Positions 1 through 13,786 of a stretch of DNA of 64,000 nucleotides are shown in pieces. The position numbers were made by a program, and so were the translations under genes. The notes under the pieces are model-generated. The model was not told where the DNA came from, searched no databases, and saw only the letters and a list, made by a program, of their open reading frames with translations. This stretch comes from Octopus sinensis (Eukaryota): NCBI RefSeq assembly GCF_006345805.1, contig NC_043012.1, positions 27,714,001 through 27,778,000 of the forward strand. Direction: 5' to 3'. Each line of letters begins with the position of its first letter. The stretch's first letter is position 1.

Positions 1-423
1 CGAACGTGGCTGTAGCCAGTACCGCATCGACTGGCCTCCGTGCTGTGGGCACGTAACAAACACCATCCGATCGTGGCCGTGCCAGCCTCGCCTGGCCTCT
101 GTGTCGGTGGCACATAAAAACACCATCCGAGCGTGGCCGTCTGCCAGCCTCGTCTGGCACCTGTGTCGGTGGCACATGAAAAAAAAACACCATCCGAGCG
201 TGGCCGTTCGCCAGCCTCGTCTGGCACCTGTGTCGGTGGCATATAAAATCACCCACTACACTCTCGGAGTGGTTGGCGTTAGGAAGGGCATCCAACTGTA
301 GAAACACTGCCAGATCTGACTGGCCTGGTGCAGCCTTCGGGCTCTCCAGACCCCAGTTGAACCGTCCAACCCATGCTAGCATGGAAAGCGGACGTTAAAT
401 GATGATGATGATGATGATGATGA
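1..423 (+). mobile_element. 3' end of RTE-clade LINE (tandem-repeat 3' UTR and (GAT)n tail)
   Basis: About 45-55-bp repeated units (ccatccgagcgtggccgt..gccagcctcgtctggcac..ggcac), then ccatgctagcatggaaagcggacgttaaat(gat)n. The same terminus follows RT ORFs at 32400 and 53880. Confidence 0.85.
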
Positions 424-789
424 AACCAGTTAGGTTTCAGACATTAGCTCTTCTAAACAAAAACTCATGGGAACATCAAAAAGTTCTGTTATCCTTAGAA
501 TGCAGTATGAGTCATGCAAGAACTTTCTTGAATGTATAATTATATCAATCTCTTAGTAATGAAAGTGTGTGACACTAATTTTTCAGCAAGTACTACTGTA
601 AGTGACAGTTAATTTTAGGGTGCTCTTTATGAATATGTCTATTTGTTGATAGAGAAAATGTGCTACATATACTACATTTACAAAAGTGTTTAATCTTGTG
701 ATTGCATGTAATTTATTGTTGAAATAACAATATGCACTTAGAAAAAATTTACCTGAAAAAAGGTACACTATTAATTTCACTGTCATGAA

Positions 790-2760
790 CAGTAGCATGG
801 AATTCAGAAAAAGTGAAACCAGCAAAAGTCTTCCATCATGCGGGGTCAGCTCATACTTGATATTTTGTTTCAATACTTGTGATCACTTGATGAAATCTTT
901 CGCCATGTTCCTCACTGATTTTGCCCAAGTTCAAAGGAAAGAAATCCAAATGACTCTAACCCTTTTGATATTAACCCGGCTGTAGCTGGCCAAAAAATTT
1001 TTTGGTTCATAAGACCAACCTGGCCGAGAGTACCAATTGTTATTTAAATGTGAATTTAAGCACAAATCTCGTTAGTACATTTGTGAAAATGCGTGATTTC
1101 ATTTTGTAAATAGTTGAGTTATAGTATCCGATATTGCTTGACGTGATATCTGAACTCAGTGAATTTTGGGAGATTTTTTTCCACTTTATTTTGGCATCGA
1201 TTTTTTTTAACTTTGAAAATGGATAGGAGTTTCATGTTATCAAGCAGTGATTCCAAATTTAAAGCTTTTTCAATGGAAAATATGGAGATATTGAGAAAAA
1301 GAACGAATGAGGTACAAAAGCATGTGGTGTACTAGGATGAATCGGATATTTCTGTATCTGAAACCGAAAGCAGCGATTCTGAAAAAACTGAAAGCAGCGA
1401 TAGCGACAGCAAAGACGATTTTACATCGGAATGAAGTAAAAACTTTAAAAATGTTTTTATTAGCAATTTTTCTGAGGAGATGGCGTCTATCCAAAGTCTT
1501 CCTTAGGAAGTGAAACCATTAGACTTTTATTTTTTTCAGTATGCTTGTTTGAGGCGATCACTGCGGAAACAAACTGTTACACAGAATGTAAACAAACAGT
1601 ATATGCCAGGAAAGGCCACGAAATGGGGGATCAAAGTTTGGAAAATTTGTGAAGCAAATACTGGGTACTGCTGTGGATTTAGTTTTTATACAGGGAAAAT
1701 AATGTTAGTCAGCATGGCCTAGGGAACGATGTGGTCTGGAATTTATCACTTCCATACCATAACCAGGGCCGTATATTATTTTTTTGACCAATTTCTTTAG
1801 TTCGGTCAAACTTGCGGTGGATTTAGGTGGATTCCAATTTATTTCACCTTTATGATACACCTGTGCATTAAATTCAACTGATAATCTAGTGATGTGCTCA
1901 ATTCTTCTATATCAAAACTTTGTTGCATACCCATTTGAATATTAGCTGCTGATTCATTTTCTATGGTGATGTTTAAACAAAATTTTAATATTTTTACCTT
2001 TTGCTCAATTTACCTGGATTTACTTGTAATTAGAGTCACTTTGAGACAAAAGTTATGCAATAGAATTGATTAAGAACCCTTTCTTTAATTATGTTCCAAA
2101 TATCACATTAATATGCTGATAAGTAAAAAAAGTTACAGTTGTTTAATGAAGCTAGTCTAAATTCATGATTATTTTAGAATTTAATTGAAACTCATGAGGG
2201 GTGTATTTTGGTCAGAAATATAATAACGAAAGGGTTAAAAAGCAAATCTTCAAGGACATTTTGACACCATGTGCATCAAATGAATTCAGAAGGTCAGCTA
2301 TGATTGCCTTGTAATTCCGGCTCTGGTTCTTTCTTAGAAATATTTCAACTGTCCTTAACATAGTTTCATAAGCTTGTCATTCAACTTCATTCAGTGAATC
2401 TCTGAACATCTGATTCTTCATCAGTTTGTGAGTGTCTGCTTCAACGAACTTGCCTTCTTTAATCTTTGCTTCACTTAATGAAGGAAAGATATCTTTCCTC
2501 CACTCAATTGGTTGCCCCTCAGGGTCCAGTGATTTCACAAAATTTTTGATGATTCAAAGTCTGATATGTAGTAGTAATAAAGCAATTAGCTCAGGTGAAA
2601 CTAGTGGTACATATTGAGTGCTTTTATTCCCAGTCCTGCTGTTTGTAAAGCCTGGATGTCTCACAGGCACAAAAAGAAGAAAACGTTTTTGTAGCCCTTT
2701 TGCATTCCAGTTTAAAAAATGCCTCTGATCTTCCAATGTCCACCAGCTTTCCACTTGAAA
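790..2760 (-). pseudogene. Decayed DNA-transposon transposase, tentatively Chapaev-type (CMC), split by piggyBac insertion
   Basis: The minus strand at 2760-2239 reads (with stops) ...PLVSPELIALLLLHIRL.IIKNFVKSL...FPSLSEAKIKEG...NYKAII..LL...GVKMSLKICF. The minus strand at 955-790 reads SHLDFFPLNLGKISEEHGERFHQ. This is the known SLKIHFLHSHLDFFPENLGAVSDEHGERFHQD motif. The superfamily name is recalled and needs a Repbase/Dfam check. Confidence 0.65.
960..2234 (+). mobile_element. piggyBac (PGBD4-like) non-autonomous deletion derivative A
   Basis: Degenerate TIR CCCTTTTGATATTA ... TAATAACGAAAGGG with flanks CTAA (956-959) and TTAA (2235-38). Carries a transposase scrap YMPGKATKWGIKVWKICEANTGY. 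Confidence 0.88.
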
Positions 2761-2779
2761 TCATACCTGATGAAGGAAA

Positions 2780-3310
2780 GTAACATCTTGATGGTGTTAT
2801 GTGTCTCTCTTGCCCTCCTCAAATTACCTATTGGAATCCCCGTGTACTCATAACTAACATGCTAAAAGACTGCCTTTAAAACTGGAAATATTGTTATTAA
2901 TGAATTACTACCAATCAGTCTCTTTGACAACCAAAAGTGTATTGCTCTTCATGACTGGAATAGATTATTGTTCTGCCTTCTTTTCACATGTTCCTGCTTC
3001 TTATATGTCCAGTTGGCAGCTGTCAAAGTCTTTTGGCATTTTCCCCATCTTTCTGTTTTATTACAATGTTCATACATTCCAGGTTCTAATCTTAATTAGT
3101 TTTCATGTTCAGAATTTGGCACAATGAGGGCCCCCATTTTAGTATTGGGTTTCATTGCAGCCCTCATAGGTGAATGAACTCCGTTGCTTTCTTCATCATG
3201 TGGAATTTCTTGTGAAGACTCACTAGCTATTTCTTTAGTAGTTGTAGACTTTTTTACAGGACCAGTTTGCCAGCCTTAACATCAAACCTCCCTCCTTTAT
3301 CAGGTTGGCT
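2780..3310 (-). mobile_element. Degenerate 5' end of RTE-type LINE (APE endonuclease start)
   Basis: The minus strand reads IRTWNV.TL..NRKMGK...LDI with stops, preceded by an RTE-like 5' UTR. Confidence 0.45.
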
Positions 3311-4319
3311 GAAAATCAGTAAGATATCTGGTTATATAAATTGATTGAAGTGTAATATTTGTGTAATTACCTGCACTTGAAGCAGTGCAAGTGATTTGGT
3401 ACAGTTTGTATGCTACAGAAATTGCAAATACTGTTTACAATTCTCCACCTGTTTTCTATCAGGAGAGATTTGTATGTGCGTGGATTTACAACCCATGAAG
3501 ATTGATCAAGAAGCAAAAATTGGAAGACAAGCAAAAATTTGATTTTATAGCGTAAAGCTTATTTTCTTCCCATTTTTTATGTTTGCATTGAATCTTAAAG
3601 CCATGGAAGGTCTTATGTCAGAAAACTGTAGACATAAAGTTCTTGGTTATGTAGTTGTTATGTATGGCATATAGCTTGACTGTTGAGGTATCACTGCATT
3701 TGAAATACATTAACCATCTCTGCACTGCTGTTGCAATTTGTCAGCCTCGAGTTTTCTCCTCTGTAGCTGCAGGTGCATTTTGTTGCCTTGAGAAGGGTGC
3801 TTAAAATAAACATATCTCTCATTTTATTTTTGTTACTTTAAGCTGTAAACCAGCTACTTTTGATTCAGAATGAGGCTAAACTTCTGTTTTCTTACTACTT
3901 TTTCGTTGTTTATATACTAACCACGAGGTAATCAAGCTTTGAAATTGAACTTAGGTTTTTTTAAAAAAAAATTTTTATTGACTGATAAAGGCTACTCCTG
4001 CATTTGAAGCTTTTCTGGCAGAAATCTTATTTGATTCTGACTCAGGTGACAATTCTGAAGTATTTACTCAGGCATATATAGATGGTGAAATTATTTGAGG
4101 AGATGACGAGGATGTAGACTTTGCTTACAGTTATGTTGAAAAGAATGTACTAGGTGGATACTAAAATCCATGGTTAGCTGATTTAAAGAAAGCATTGGTA
4201 CTTGTGCACTGAAATATTGGTGAATGGAAAACGGATGTTAAGTGATAATAACAACAATAATAATAATAGTGGTGGTGGTTGTTGTTGTTTGCAATTATAT
4301 GATGACAATTTCACTTCTC

Positions 4320-4530
4320 AGTCATGTAGTTTTAGGTTCAGTCCCACTGTGTGGCACCTTAGACAAGTGTCTTTTACTGTAGCTCTTGGTCACGTTAATG
4401 CCTTATGAGTGGATTTAGCAGAAAGAAACTGAAAGTACCATGCGCATGTTTGTTGATATTGCATGATCATTGTAAATGAGCATCACTCTCATACAAATGG
4501 TATTATTCATTTCCAGTCTTGCAGCCATGA
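4320..4530 (+). mobile_element. Degenerate tRNA-derived SINE
   Basis: ggttcagtcccactgtgtggcaccttagacaagtgtct... is shared with the SINEs at 22412 and 52015. Confidence 0.6.
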
Positions 4531-4599
4531 GTAAATATTACATTTTTGAAAATGATACAGTTGTTGGAAAAGGGGGTAAAGGATAGGCATAGTGCATGA

Positions 4600-6190
4600 G
4601 GATAGGGAGTCACTGTAATTAGTGGAGAACCTAGAATACAGCACTTCCAGAGCTGTTTTACTGAGTAGGGCAAATCTCTTTGAGAGCCTTATATCACCAG
4701 AGATGTCAATCTTTTGGAACCTCACCTGTTGGGTTGATGGTCCTGAGGTCAACTTTCACTACTTCATAGCATGTTTTCCTGGGTCTTCTCATTACAGGTT
4801 TCAGCCACATTAAGCAAGCAGTACTTCTTTGTACACCTGTTCTCATTCACATTACCAAACCATCTCAATCTTCTTTCTGGAACACAACATCTGATTCCTC
4901 TTAGACCCAGTTTTTCACTCAGCACCTTTTTACTTATTGTTCCATGCCCACTCACATTGTACACCCAACAGAGCATGCTCACTTAATTTCTTTCTCGTCT
5001 CCTCAAGTCCTCTCTGTCCAAGTATCTCACTGTCATGCAGCATTGCAATTTTAAAACAAGCTTCATACTATGTGCTCTTCACTCTTAAAGAAAAGATCTT
5101 TCTTGTCAGCAGTAGTAGTAGCTCCAACTATATTTTTGTAGCAGCCACCCTTGCTAATCACATTTCCTTGATAACAAAAAGCTAACAGCTACTTCAAAGG
5201 AGCCATCTGGGCATTTAAGAGATTCAGTTTCTTGTGTACTTGTACCTCCTGCTCCAGTGCATCTACTGCATATGAAGCTTACATTCTCAGTCTGTCAGTG
5301 ATTCCACTACATCTTGTGTGTCTATAGCTTATATCAAGTACAGTGAATAGAGGTTATACCTACACCTTTTCTACATATTTGGCAATTCTTTCTGAAGGTA
5401 CTGGGGTCCTGTAGTCTTTTCTACTTACTACAGCCTTAAGTCTTTGACAGATTAAGCTTAAGGCCCCTTAATTTCAAGTTTAGCTTCTATGTCTGGAATT
5501 ACTTCTAATTCAGGTATGAGAGCTAGACTAGTTTTCATGGATGGCTAGTCTTTAACTCTTTAGTAATGTGTTGGATGACAATGATGAGTAGGAGAGGACA
5601 AACAGGTTATGTAAAAATCCCCAGTTTTTGTTTATGCTACAGCAAGTTAAATCAACTTCCCTATGTACATGTGCATCCATTAGAACTTTTGTAAGCCTAT
5701 ACCCTATTGCTGGATCTTTTTGTTTCCAGACCTTCGTTCTCCATGTTGGTTTTCTCTTCTGTGTCTGTCCTAAATCTGACACATAAATCACTAACCACTA
5801 ATCTCATGCATTCTTCACTAGGAAAGATTTTGGTATTCACAGTGACCCTTCTGTCCTATTTCTTGTTGAGAATGTAATGAATCTGACTTCTGTGTTCTCC
5901 AGATCAGTGGATGCTGATGTAGTTGGCTGGTATCTTAAAGAGTGTGTGGCACTTTGATAGGTCAGTTGCATCAAAATAATCTTGGAGCCTTACACCTGCT
6001 TCATTTTTTGTACTGTAACCAAAGCCTCCATGTACACTGTGAAAGCCATCAATGTGATCAACATATCTATTGAAGTCACTGACTACAATAATGAGATCAC
6101 CATCATGTGTCAAAGTAGTCTACAGAAAGATTCTCATAGAAACATTCCTCCTGTTCTTCTAGTAGACTTACTATTGAATCATATATCGAT
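4600..6190 (-). mobile_element. Old fragmented RTE LINE
   Basis: Minus ORF scraps: C-terminal IRCCVPERRLRWFG (4764-4982) and endonuclease GDLIIVVSDFN..HGGFGY..KNEAG (5904-6113). Confidence 0.65.
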
Positions 6191-6289
6191 ATAAATTTTA
6201 CTGTTCAGAAGCTAACTAATTAAATTATGAAAATTACTCATTTCTTGGCCTGTTTAATTTCCAATTCCTTGTTTCTCTAGTTTAATTTA

Positions 6290-7245
6290 TCATCTGCCAT
6301 GAACACTATGAATGTATTCTATACTAAACACTCCTACTTTCATTCATTCCTCATACCATCTCCCCAAATTAAATTCACTTGTACGCGGTGCACCCACCCT
6401 GTCCCACCACCAATACCAGATATCTCGATCTTTACCCCGATCTTTAACTCTATCTTCTCACCATCTACACCAGATATCTCTCTCCTCCCACCACCATTAC
6501 CTGATTCTCTTCTCTCCACTGCTCCTCCTCACTGGGCTGTTCTTTATACTATCTGCACCCCCACTCTCTCCGAAAAACGCAACTAGGTTAGCTGCCCACC
6601 TACTTAACTGACTATCCTTCATTTCGTTTCATCCCAACTAGAAATATTCCAACAACTACCCAGTAATTTTCCATGCACATATCAAGTGAAGGAGACAGCT
6701 AACAGGCTGTATGTGTGTGCTTGTTCCCCTGTATCTGTGTGCATGCGTGCTTGTGTGTATGTATGGATGAACTTGCTTCCTCTCTCTCTGTCTGAAATCA
6801 CCACCCCTCTTACGATGACTATAATGCTTACACTCGCAATGCCACTAACACCTAATCCTACCCCCAGTAGGGGCAACAATCTTAATCCTAACACGAATGT
6901 TTGAATGATGTCAGTTTGGAAGTGGGAACAGATGAAGCATGCCTAAAAAAATTAACATGACAACCTCCCTCTTCTTTTCAGGCACTGAATAACATCTCTC
7001 TTCCCCAAGCCTCATCCCACATTCCTTTCCCAGTTTTCAGAGTTGGCATAGTCAATGTAGGCACACTGAAAGGTAGGTCTAGTGAGATTGTAGAGATGCT
7101 TGAAAGGAGACGTGTCAGTGTATGCTGCATACAAGAGGTAAGATGGAGAGAAGCTTCACCTAGGGTCCTCACAGGCAAGGCACATAAGTATAAAATCTTC
7201 TGGCAAGGTAACATGGATGGAGTGAGGGGTGTAGCCAAACGGTTG
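6290..7245 (+). mobile_element. RTE LINE 5' region: C-rich leader plus start of APE endonuclease
   Basis: About 7035-7240 reads FRVGIVNVGTLKGRSSEIVEMLERRRVSVCCIQEVRW...KYKIFWQG. The upstream leader is homologous to 25560-26450 (minus). Confidence 0.7.
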
Positions 7246-7379
7246 TAGAAAACAAAAACAAAAATTCAATTTGTTCTATCTAGGGGCAACAACAATGACC
7301 CAACCAGTCCATGTTAGTTTGAAAAATAAATATAAAATAATGATATATTTATATCAGCCATCAGCCTGATGCCCTCTCT

Positions 7380-9245
7380 ATTTTCAGAAGTTGGTTGTCA
7401 AAACTCCAATTCCTTTAGTATTGTGCTGTATGCCATACATTCACATTCTTAGATGTCATCTGTTCACAAATGTCTTTGATTGCCCCTTCCTCTTTTCCCT
7501 CGACAATTTCTGTCAGGATGGTCTTGAGCAATGACTTGCTGCACATTTTCTGTCCAAAATATGATACCTTTGTGGACTTGATTCTTGACAATAGGTGTCT
7601 TTGAACTTTCAGCTATTCTAGCTCGGCAGTGTTTGCTACTGTCTTTCCAATTCCGTCTGCTCAACCTGCAAACAACCGACATCTCCAAGTTATCTATTTC
7701 TTTCCCCATTGCTCTGTACATTGTCCAAGTTTCTGTACCATAGAACATACCAGTTTACTAGCCCTAATGTTAGGTGTAGTATTACGTCTTTTGAAGTGAA
7801 AAATTTTTTTCATTCTTATATATGTTGTTTTAGCCTTATTCTTTGAGTAATTTTTTCTACACAGTGACCTTTCTGATTTATTATTTGCTTCCTTTTGTTC
7901 TATCACACAAAGAACCATTTTGTTTTTTACATTCTTATATAGGCCTTTCTTGTCACTTTGCTCTTTTACAACATCAGCTATTTCTTGTAGCTTCTCAATA
8001 AGTCTGCATAATTGGCATATCTTATATTGTCTATATTTATGCCATGGACTGTGAATCCTTTGATTTCAGTTGACTCTCTGAATATACACTCTGTGTAGAT
8101 ATCAAAAAAGGATGATGATAATACACATTTTTGTCTTACTCTTTTCATCTCTACTGGTTCTGAAAATTCTTGATTTATTATGATAGTTACCAGTTGGTTC
8201 CAGTATAACACAGATGATTCTTCCCTTCTAAGCCAACTTTTTTTCTCTGTGGTCTATGTGGTTAAATGCCTTGCTATAAGTTATGAAACGAGCCTTTTTT
8301 TCTTTGTTTTTAACACCCACTTTTGAACATTTTTGTTTCACTATTCGTAATTTTTTGATAATTTTGTACATTTTGCTCTTTCTGCTTGTGTGGAGATTCT
8401 TGCTTTCAGCATGCTTTACATTCAGCCGGTTTTGTTTCTGTTTATATTTCTTTATATTTCTTGGGGTCAGTCTTGTTTGTCTTTTTGCAAACTAACATCA
8501 ATTGGAGAAATACTTTAGCCCGTCACAGTTGATCTTTCCTTTCTCTTGTTATGTGCTTGCTCCATTCTTCACACCGTCTCTGATGCTTTTCCATTTGGCA
8601 TCAAGTTCTCCATTGGTTGTTTCTTAGTAGTAATGTTCTGTATTTGATTTATGAGCCTTTCATATTTGTTTTCCACTTCAATGGAGTATCTCTGTCTTAC
8701 ATCTACTTATCTTAGGCAGTCCATATCATAAGCCTCTGCATTTTTTAAGCTTTACTCTAATGTTTGCAGTGATATTTGTTTGCCAATAATATTTGTATTA
8801 AGGGCATCGGCTTCCTGAATTAAGTTGTCTAGTTTATTTCTTTTCTTATAGCCAAGATGGAAAATACAAGACTGAAAAATGCCTAATTATTGAAATATCA
8901 ATGGAAATATAGGGTAACTCAAGTTGAGCTTTGTTGTGTATGGCATTTTTCTTTTTCAGTGTGCATTGTCTCCTTCTATAGAGCTTTCTGAACATTTTAC
9001 TTGAGCTCTGTTTGCTAAGTACTCTTGTGTATCTGTTATCAACAAATTTTTTATTTAGTCATCCCATCTTTGATTCTACTATATCTCTTGTGCACCAGTA
9101 GACCACATTGAGTACCTGTATATTTATTATTAGATAAAATTAGCATTTCTAGTCCTCTCCTAACCTTTTCATTACAAACCTGGCCATAGCCCCCCGTTAA
9201 ATTTACCAAACTGCTTGTACCTACCTGAAATGATCTGTTCATATT
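7380..9245 (-). mobile_element. Old RTE/BovB-like LINE remnant
   Basis: Minus scraps VRQKCVLS..FFDIYTECIFR...NIRYANYADL (RT) and FYGTETWT (RTE C-terminus). Confidence 0.6.
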
Positions 9246-9269
9246 TTAATGTTAATTTCATTTGTACAT

Positions 9270-9560
9270 TTGTGGAAATATGTGATTTGACTATGTAAAC
9301 AATTGAGTTACACTGTCCAACACTATTTTATATGATATTTGAGAACTGCAAACTTTTGGAGAATTTTTCCTATTTTTTTCTCCACTTACACTTCATGAAA
9401 TGCTCCACAGTGAATACAAACAGGATAGTATTTTCAAAAGAAGACTTTAAAAAATCTACCAAAATATACAACAGACATAAAAACCACATGTGTGATTATG
9501 AATGAGGTACTTATTTCTATTTCCAAAAGTGAAATGATTCTGACAATAGTTCCACTTGCA
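9270..9560 (+). mobile_element. Degenerate piggyBac left-end/N-terminal fragment
   Basis: Similar to the 45450-45720 and 11900-12150 subterminal sequences (gactatgtaaacaa..tccaacactatt; ..tgtgattatgaatga). Confidence 0.4.
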
Positions 9561-9627
9561 ATAGACAAATGAATTGGTACCTCAATGTTGAAAGAATTTG
9601 AAAACTGTTTTTCTTAGTTATTTTTAA

Positions 9628-12248
9628 CCCTTTCGTTACTATATTTCTGACCAAAATACACATCCCTTATGTGTTTCAATTAATTTCTAACATAATCATA
9701 AATTTAGTCTGGTTTCATTAAACAACTATAACTTTTTTATTTATCTGATTTCTGGAAGATAATTTAACGAAAGGTTCTCAACCAATTCTATACCATAATT
9801 TTTGTCCCAAAGTGACTCTAATTACAGGTAAATACAGGTAAATTCAACAAAATATAAAATTATTAAAATTTTTGTTCAAACATTGCTATAGAAAATGGGT
9901 TATTAGCTAATATTCAATTAGGTATACAACAAAATTTTATTATAGAAGAGTTGTGCACATTACTGGATTCATCAGGTGAATTTAAACACACAAAAGACAG
10001 GTGTACCATAAAGGTATAAGTAAAATGAATGACTGGAATTTGCCTGTGAAGAGAACTAGAAAACAAAATACACACACACCATCAACTAGATTAAATAAGC
10101 TCTCCCACATACACAGATACGATAATGTATAGATACATAAATAGATACAATAATGATTTACAAAAGAAATTAATCAAAATTCGTCACTCACCTTACAAGT
10201 AAATTAAAATTACACATAAAGAAAAATAAAAAGTAAATTTGAAAATATTTATAAAATCAAATCACACATATATACAAATCAAACAATATTCCTATCGTGA
10301 AAACTTGTGAAGCACCCTGTTCTACATAATGCAACCTTGCAGAAAGCACATTGGAAATTTGTTTCAACAGCCCTTCCACTAGGAGCTCACCTTTTTTGAT
10401 GAAGGCATTCATGACACTGCTTTTTGCGACCCTCGATTTTTTTCTAATTTATGGAGATTGGCTGAATTCAGAGGGATATCCATTTGGCAGGCTTTGTTTT
10501 TTCTCCTTACAGTTATTTTTCTTGAGGAATAACCAGCTCTTAGTTGTGTTGCTGTATCTGCTTGGAACTGCAGATGGTCGCATTGCTTTTGAGCCGGTCC
10601 AGATTTGGTATATAGTATAAATGCATTGGTAATATTCATGTTTACTATATACCAAACCAGGTATCACCATCATTTATTGCCCGGTCTGCCAACTGGATAA
10701 TAAGACATCGATTCAGCTGATCTACACCACCCATGTACCTGTTATAATCGAAGCTCACAAATGGCATGCCATTTTCATCCACATGTGGCCTTGCACAGGT
10801 AGACAGAAAATTGATCTGCCTCTTATGAGGTCCATAGCAAATTTCCTTTCTGCCGTTGAATTATTTCACCCTTTATTTTCTAATTTTGCTTTTTTTTATA
10901 TCCAACGGCAATCCTTTTCTACTAGCGATCACTGTAGCACATGTATGTGTTGTCACAGTATCTAAATTCTCCACAAGTTTGACCGAACTGAAAAATCAGT
11001 CAAAAAATAATATATGGCCCTGGTTATGGTATGGAAGTGATAAATTCCAGACCACATCATACCCTAGGCCATGCTGACTTACATGATTGTCCCTTTTTCT
11101 GGTATAAAATTCAAATCCCGAGCAGTACCCAGTATTTGATTCACAAATCTTCCAAACTTTGATCCCCCATTTTGTAGGTTTTCCTGGCATATATTGTCGA
11201 AAACGCACTCGGCCTTTATAGCCCATCATATCCTCATCAATAGATAAATATCTCCCTGGTTTATAAACTGTTTTATATGTGTTTTGAACACAGTCAATGA
11301 GAGGTCTTATTTTAAATAAGGGATCAAAGTCTGGTTCTCCACATACTGGTGTAATGCTCATGTCTCTTACATGCAAATACTGAGTCAATTTCAAAAATCG
11401 TGTCCTCATCATTATACTTGAGACATATTCGTCTCCAAAAGGCTCATCGCTACTCCAGTAATTTGTTCTTTTGGGTAACTTTCTGATGCCCATAATAATA
11501 TTTATGGGTAACTTTCTAATGCCTATAATAATATTTATGGCAAAATATGCCTTAATTTCATTTAAGCTTGTGGGAAACCACAAACTGTCCTTTTTTTCAC
11601 TTTGTTTACGTAACGGTTTGTTTCCACCGTAATTATTTCAAATAAACTCATCAGAAAAAGTAAAGAGAAATAGTCTAAAGCTTTACTCTCCTGGGAAAGA
11701 CTGACTTGGTCTAGTTTCTTCAGAAAAATCACTGAAAGAAACAGTTTTCAAATTTTTACTCCATTCAGGTGCCAATTCATTTTCTTTATCGGTGTCATCG
11801 GAGCTCTTGGATTCACTGCTTTCACTTTCGGAAAATGAAACATCAGATTCATTATCAAATACCACATGCTTTATTTTTTCAGTTATAGAGTTAGATTTAT
11901 CAAGGTCTTCAGTGGAAAATCCTTTGAATTCTGACTTGCTGCTTGACAGAATGAAATTCGTATCCATTTTTTTTGTCAGAATTACAAATTTTCGAAACAC
12001 AACAGAAACAAATTTGGAAAAAAATCTCCCAAAATCCAAAGAATCAAAATAACACATCGATCATTGTACAAAACTGTAGCTGAACTGTTTTCGAAGTATA
12101 ATCATGTATTTTCATGAATGTACTAACAAGATTTGCTCTGATATTCTCATTTAAATATGAATATGTGATTATGGGTGGTTTTGGGCGGCTTGGTCACATG
12201 AACCAAAATTCTTTTTGGGCAGTTTTGGGCGGTTTGGTAATGAAAGGA
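9628..12248 (-). mobile_element. Full-length piggyBac transposon B (decayed)
   Basis: TTAA TSDs at 9624-27 and 12249-52. The ends are CCCTTTCGTTACTA and TGGTAATGAAAGGA (imperfect 14-bp TIR). Contains a complete transposase reading in pieces. Confidence 0.9.
10279..11967 (-). pseudogene. piggyBac/PGBD4-like transposase pseudogene (about 560 codons)
   Basis: Acidic N-terminus MDTNFILSSSKSEF. Catalytic motifs YLSIDEDMM, LFFD and YNRYMGGVD. Cys-rich C-terminus CHEC...CAFCKVALCRTGCFTSFH. Several stops and frameshifts. Confidence 0.85.
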
Positions 12249-12464
12249 TTAAGAAGAGACTTAGACTTAGCCTTTCAATAGAAACGAAACTGTTAGATTA
12301 TTATTCTTTTCTTTAGATTTTTCTTTTGTGTTGTTGAAGGAATCAAACCACCCCCAAGTGACTAAAAGCAGTTCACTGTGGCCCATTGGCAGAGAGTGTT
12401 TAACCTCATGTAACAGTAATGCTGGTGCATCATGTAAATGTTTCTTTTCATCCTGCTTCATTAA

Positions 12465-13753
12465 CCCTTTCGTTACTATATTTCTGACCAAAATACACCC
12501 CTCATGAGTTTCAATTAAATTCTAAAATAATCATGAATTTAAGCTTGTTTCATTAAATAACTGTAACTTTTTTACTTATCAACATATTAATGTAATATTT
12601 GGAACATAATTAAAGAAAGGGTTCTTAATCAATTCTATTGCATAACTTTTGTCTCCAAAGTGACTTTAATTACAGGTAAATCCAGGTAAATTGAGCAAAA
12701 GGTAAAGATATTAAAATTTTAAATTGAGCAAAAGGTAAAAATATTAAAATTTTGTTTAAACATCACCATAGAAAATGAATCATCAGCTAATATTCAAATG
12801 GGTATGCAACAAAATTTTGATAAAGAAGAATTGTGCACATCACTATATCATCAGTTGAATTTAATGCACAACAGGTGTACCATAAAGGTGGAATAAACTG
12901 AAATACTAGAATCCACCGCAAGTTTGACCGAACTAAAGAAATCGGTCAAAAAATAATATACGGCCCTGGTTATGGTATGGAAGTGATAAATTCCAGACCA
13001 CATCGTTCCCTAGGCCATGCTGACTAACATTATTTTCCCTGTATAAAAACTTAATCCACGCAGTACCCAGTATTTGATTCACAAATTTTCCAAACTTTGA
13101 TCTCCCATTTTGTGTTTGTTTACAATCTGCGAAACAGTTTGCTTCCACAGTGATCGCTCCAAACAAGCATACTGAAAAAAATAAAAGTCTAATGGTTTCA
13201 CTTCCTAAGAAAGACTATAGATAAACTCTATCTCCTCAGAAAAATTGCTAATAAAAACATTATTAAAGTTTTTTACTACATTCCGATGTAAAATCGTCTT
13301 TGCTGTCGCCATCGCTGCTTTGTTTCTTCGGAATCCCTGCTTTCAGTTAACGGATAAAAAAATATCCTATTCATTATTGTACACCACGTGCTTTTGGACC
13401 TCATTCATTCTTTTTCTCGATATCTCCCTATTTTCTGTTGAAAAAGCTTTAAATTCGGAATCAATGCTTGATAACATGAAACTCCTATCCATTTTCAAAG
13501 TTGAAGAAAAATCGATGCCGAAAAAAATGTGGAAAAAAACCTCCCAAAATTCACTGAGTTGAGATATCATGTCAAGCAATGTCGGATACTATAAGCCAAC
13601 TATTTACAAAGTGAAATCACATGTTTTAACGAATGTACCAACAAGATTTGGGTTCAAATTTACATTTAAATAACAATAGGTTCTCTCAGCCGGGTACGGC
13701 CAGGTTGGTATTATGAACCAAAAATTTTTTCGGCCGGGTTAGTAACGAGAGGG
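12465..13753 (-). mobile_element. piggyBac non-autonomous deletion derivative C
   Basis: TTAA TSDs at 12461-64 and 13754-57. 14-bp TIR CCCTTTCGTTACTA / TAGTAACGAGAGGG with one mismatch. Same internal deletion pattern as A and D. Confidence 0.92.
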
Positions 13754-13786
13754 TTAAATTATTTATCCAACACCAGGATATAGAAG

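Noticed and set aside
1-250. CRISPR-like repeat array
   Set aside because: The units are whole tandem repeats without unique spacers, and they belong to RTE 3' UTRs seen downstream of RT ORFs elsewhere. No cas genes, eukaryotic context.
3900-4200. Acidic piggyBac-like N-terminal remnant
   Set aside because: Only compositional similarity, with no TIR/TSD or catalytic motif.
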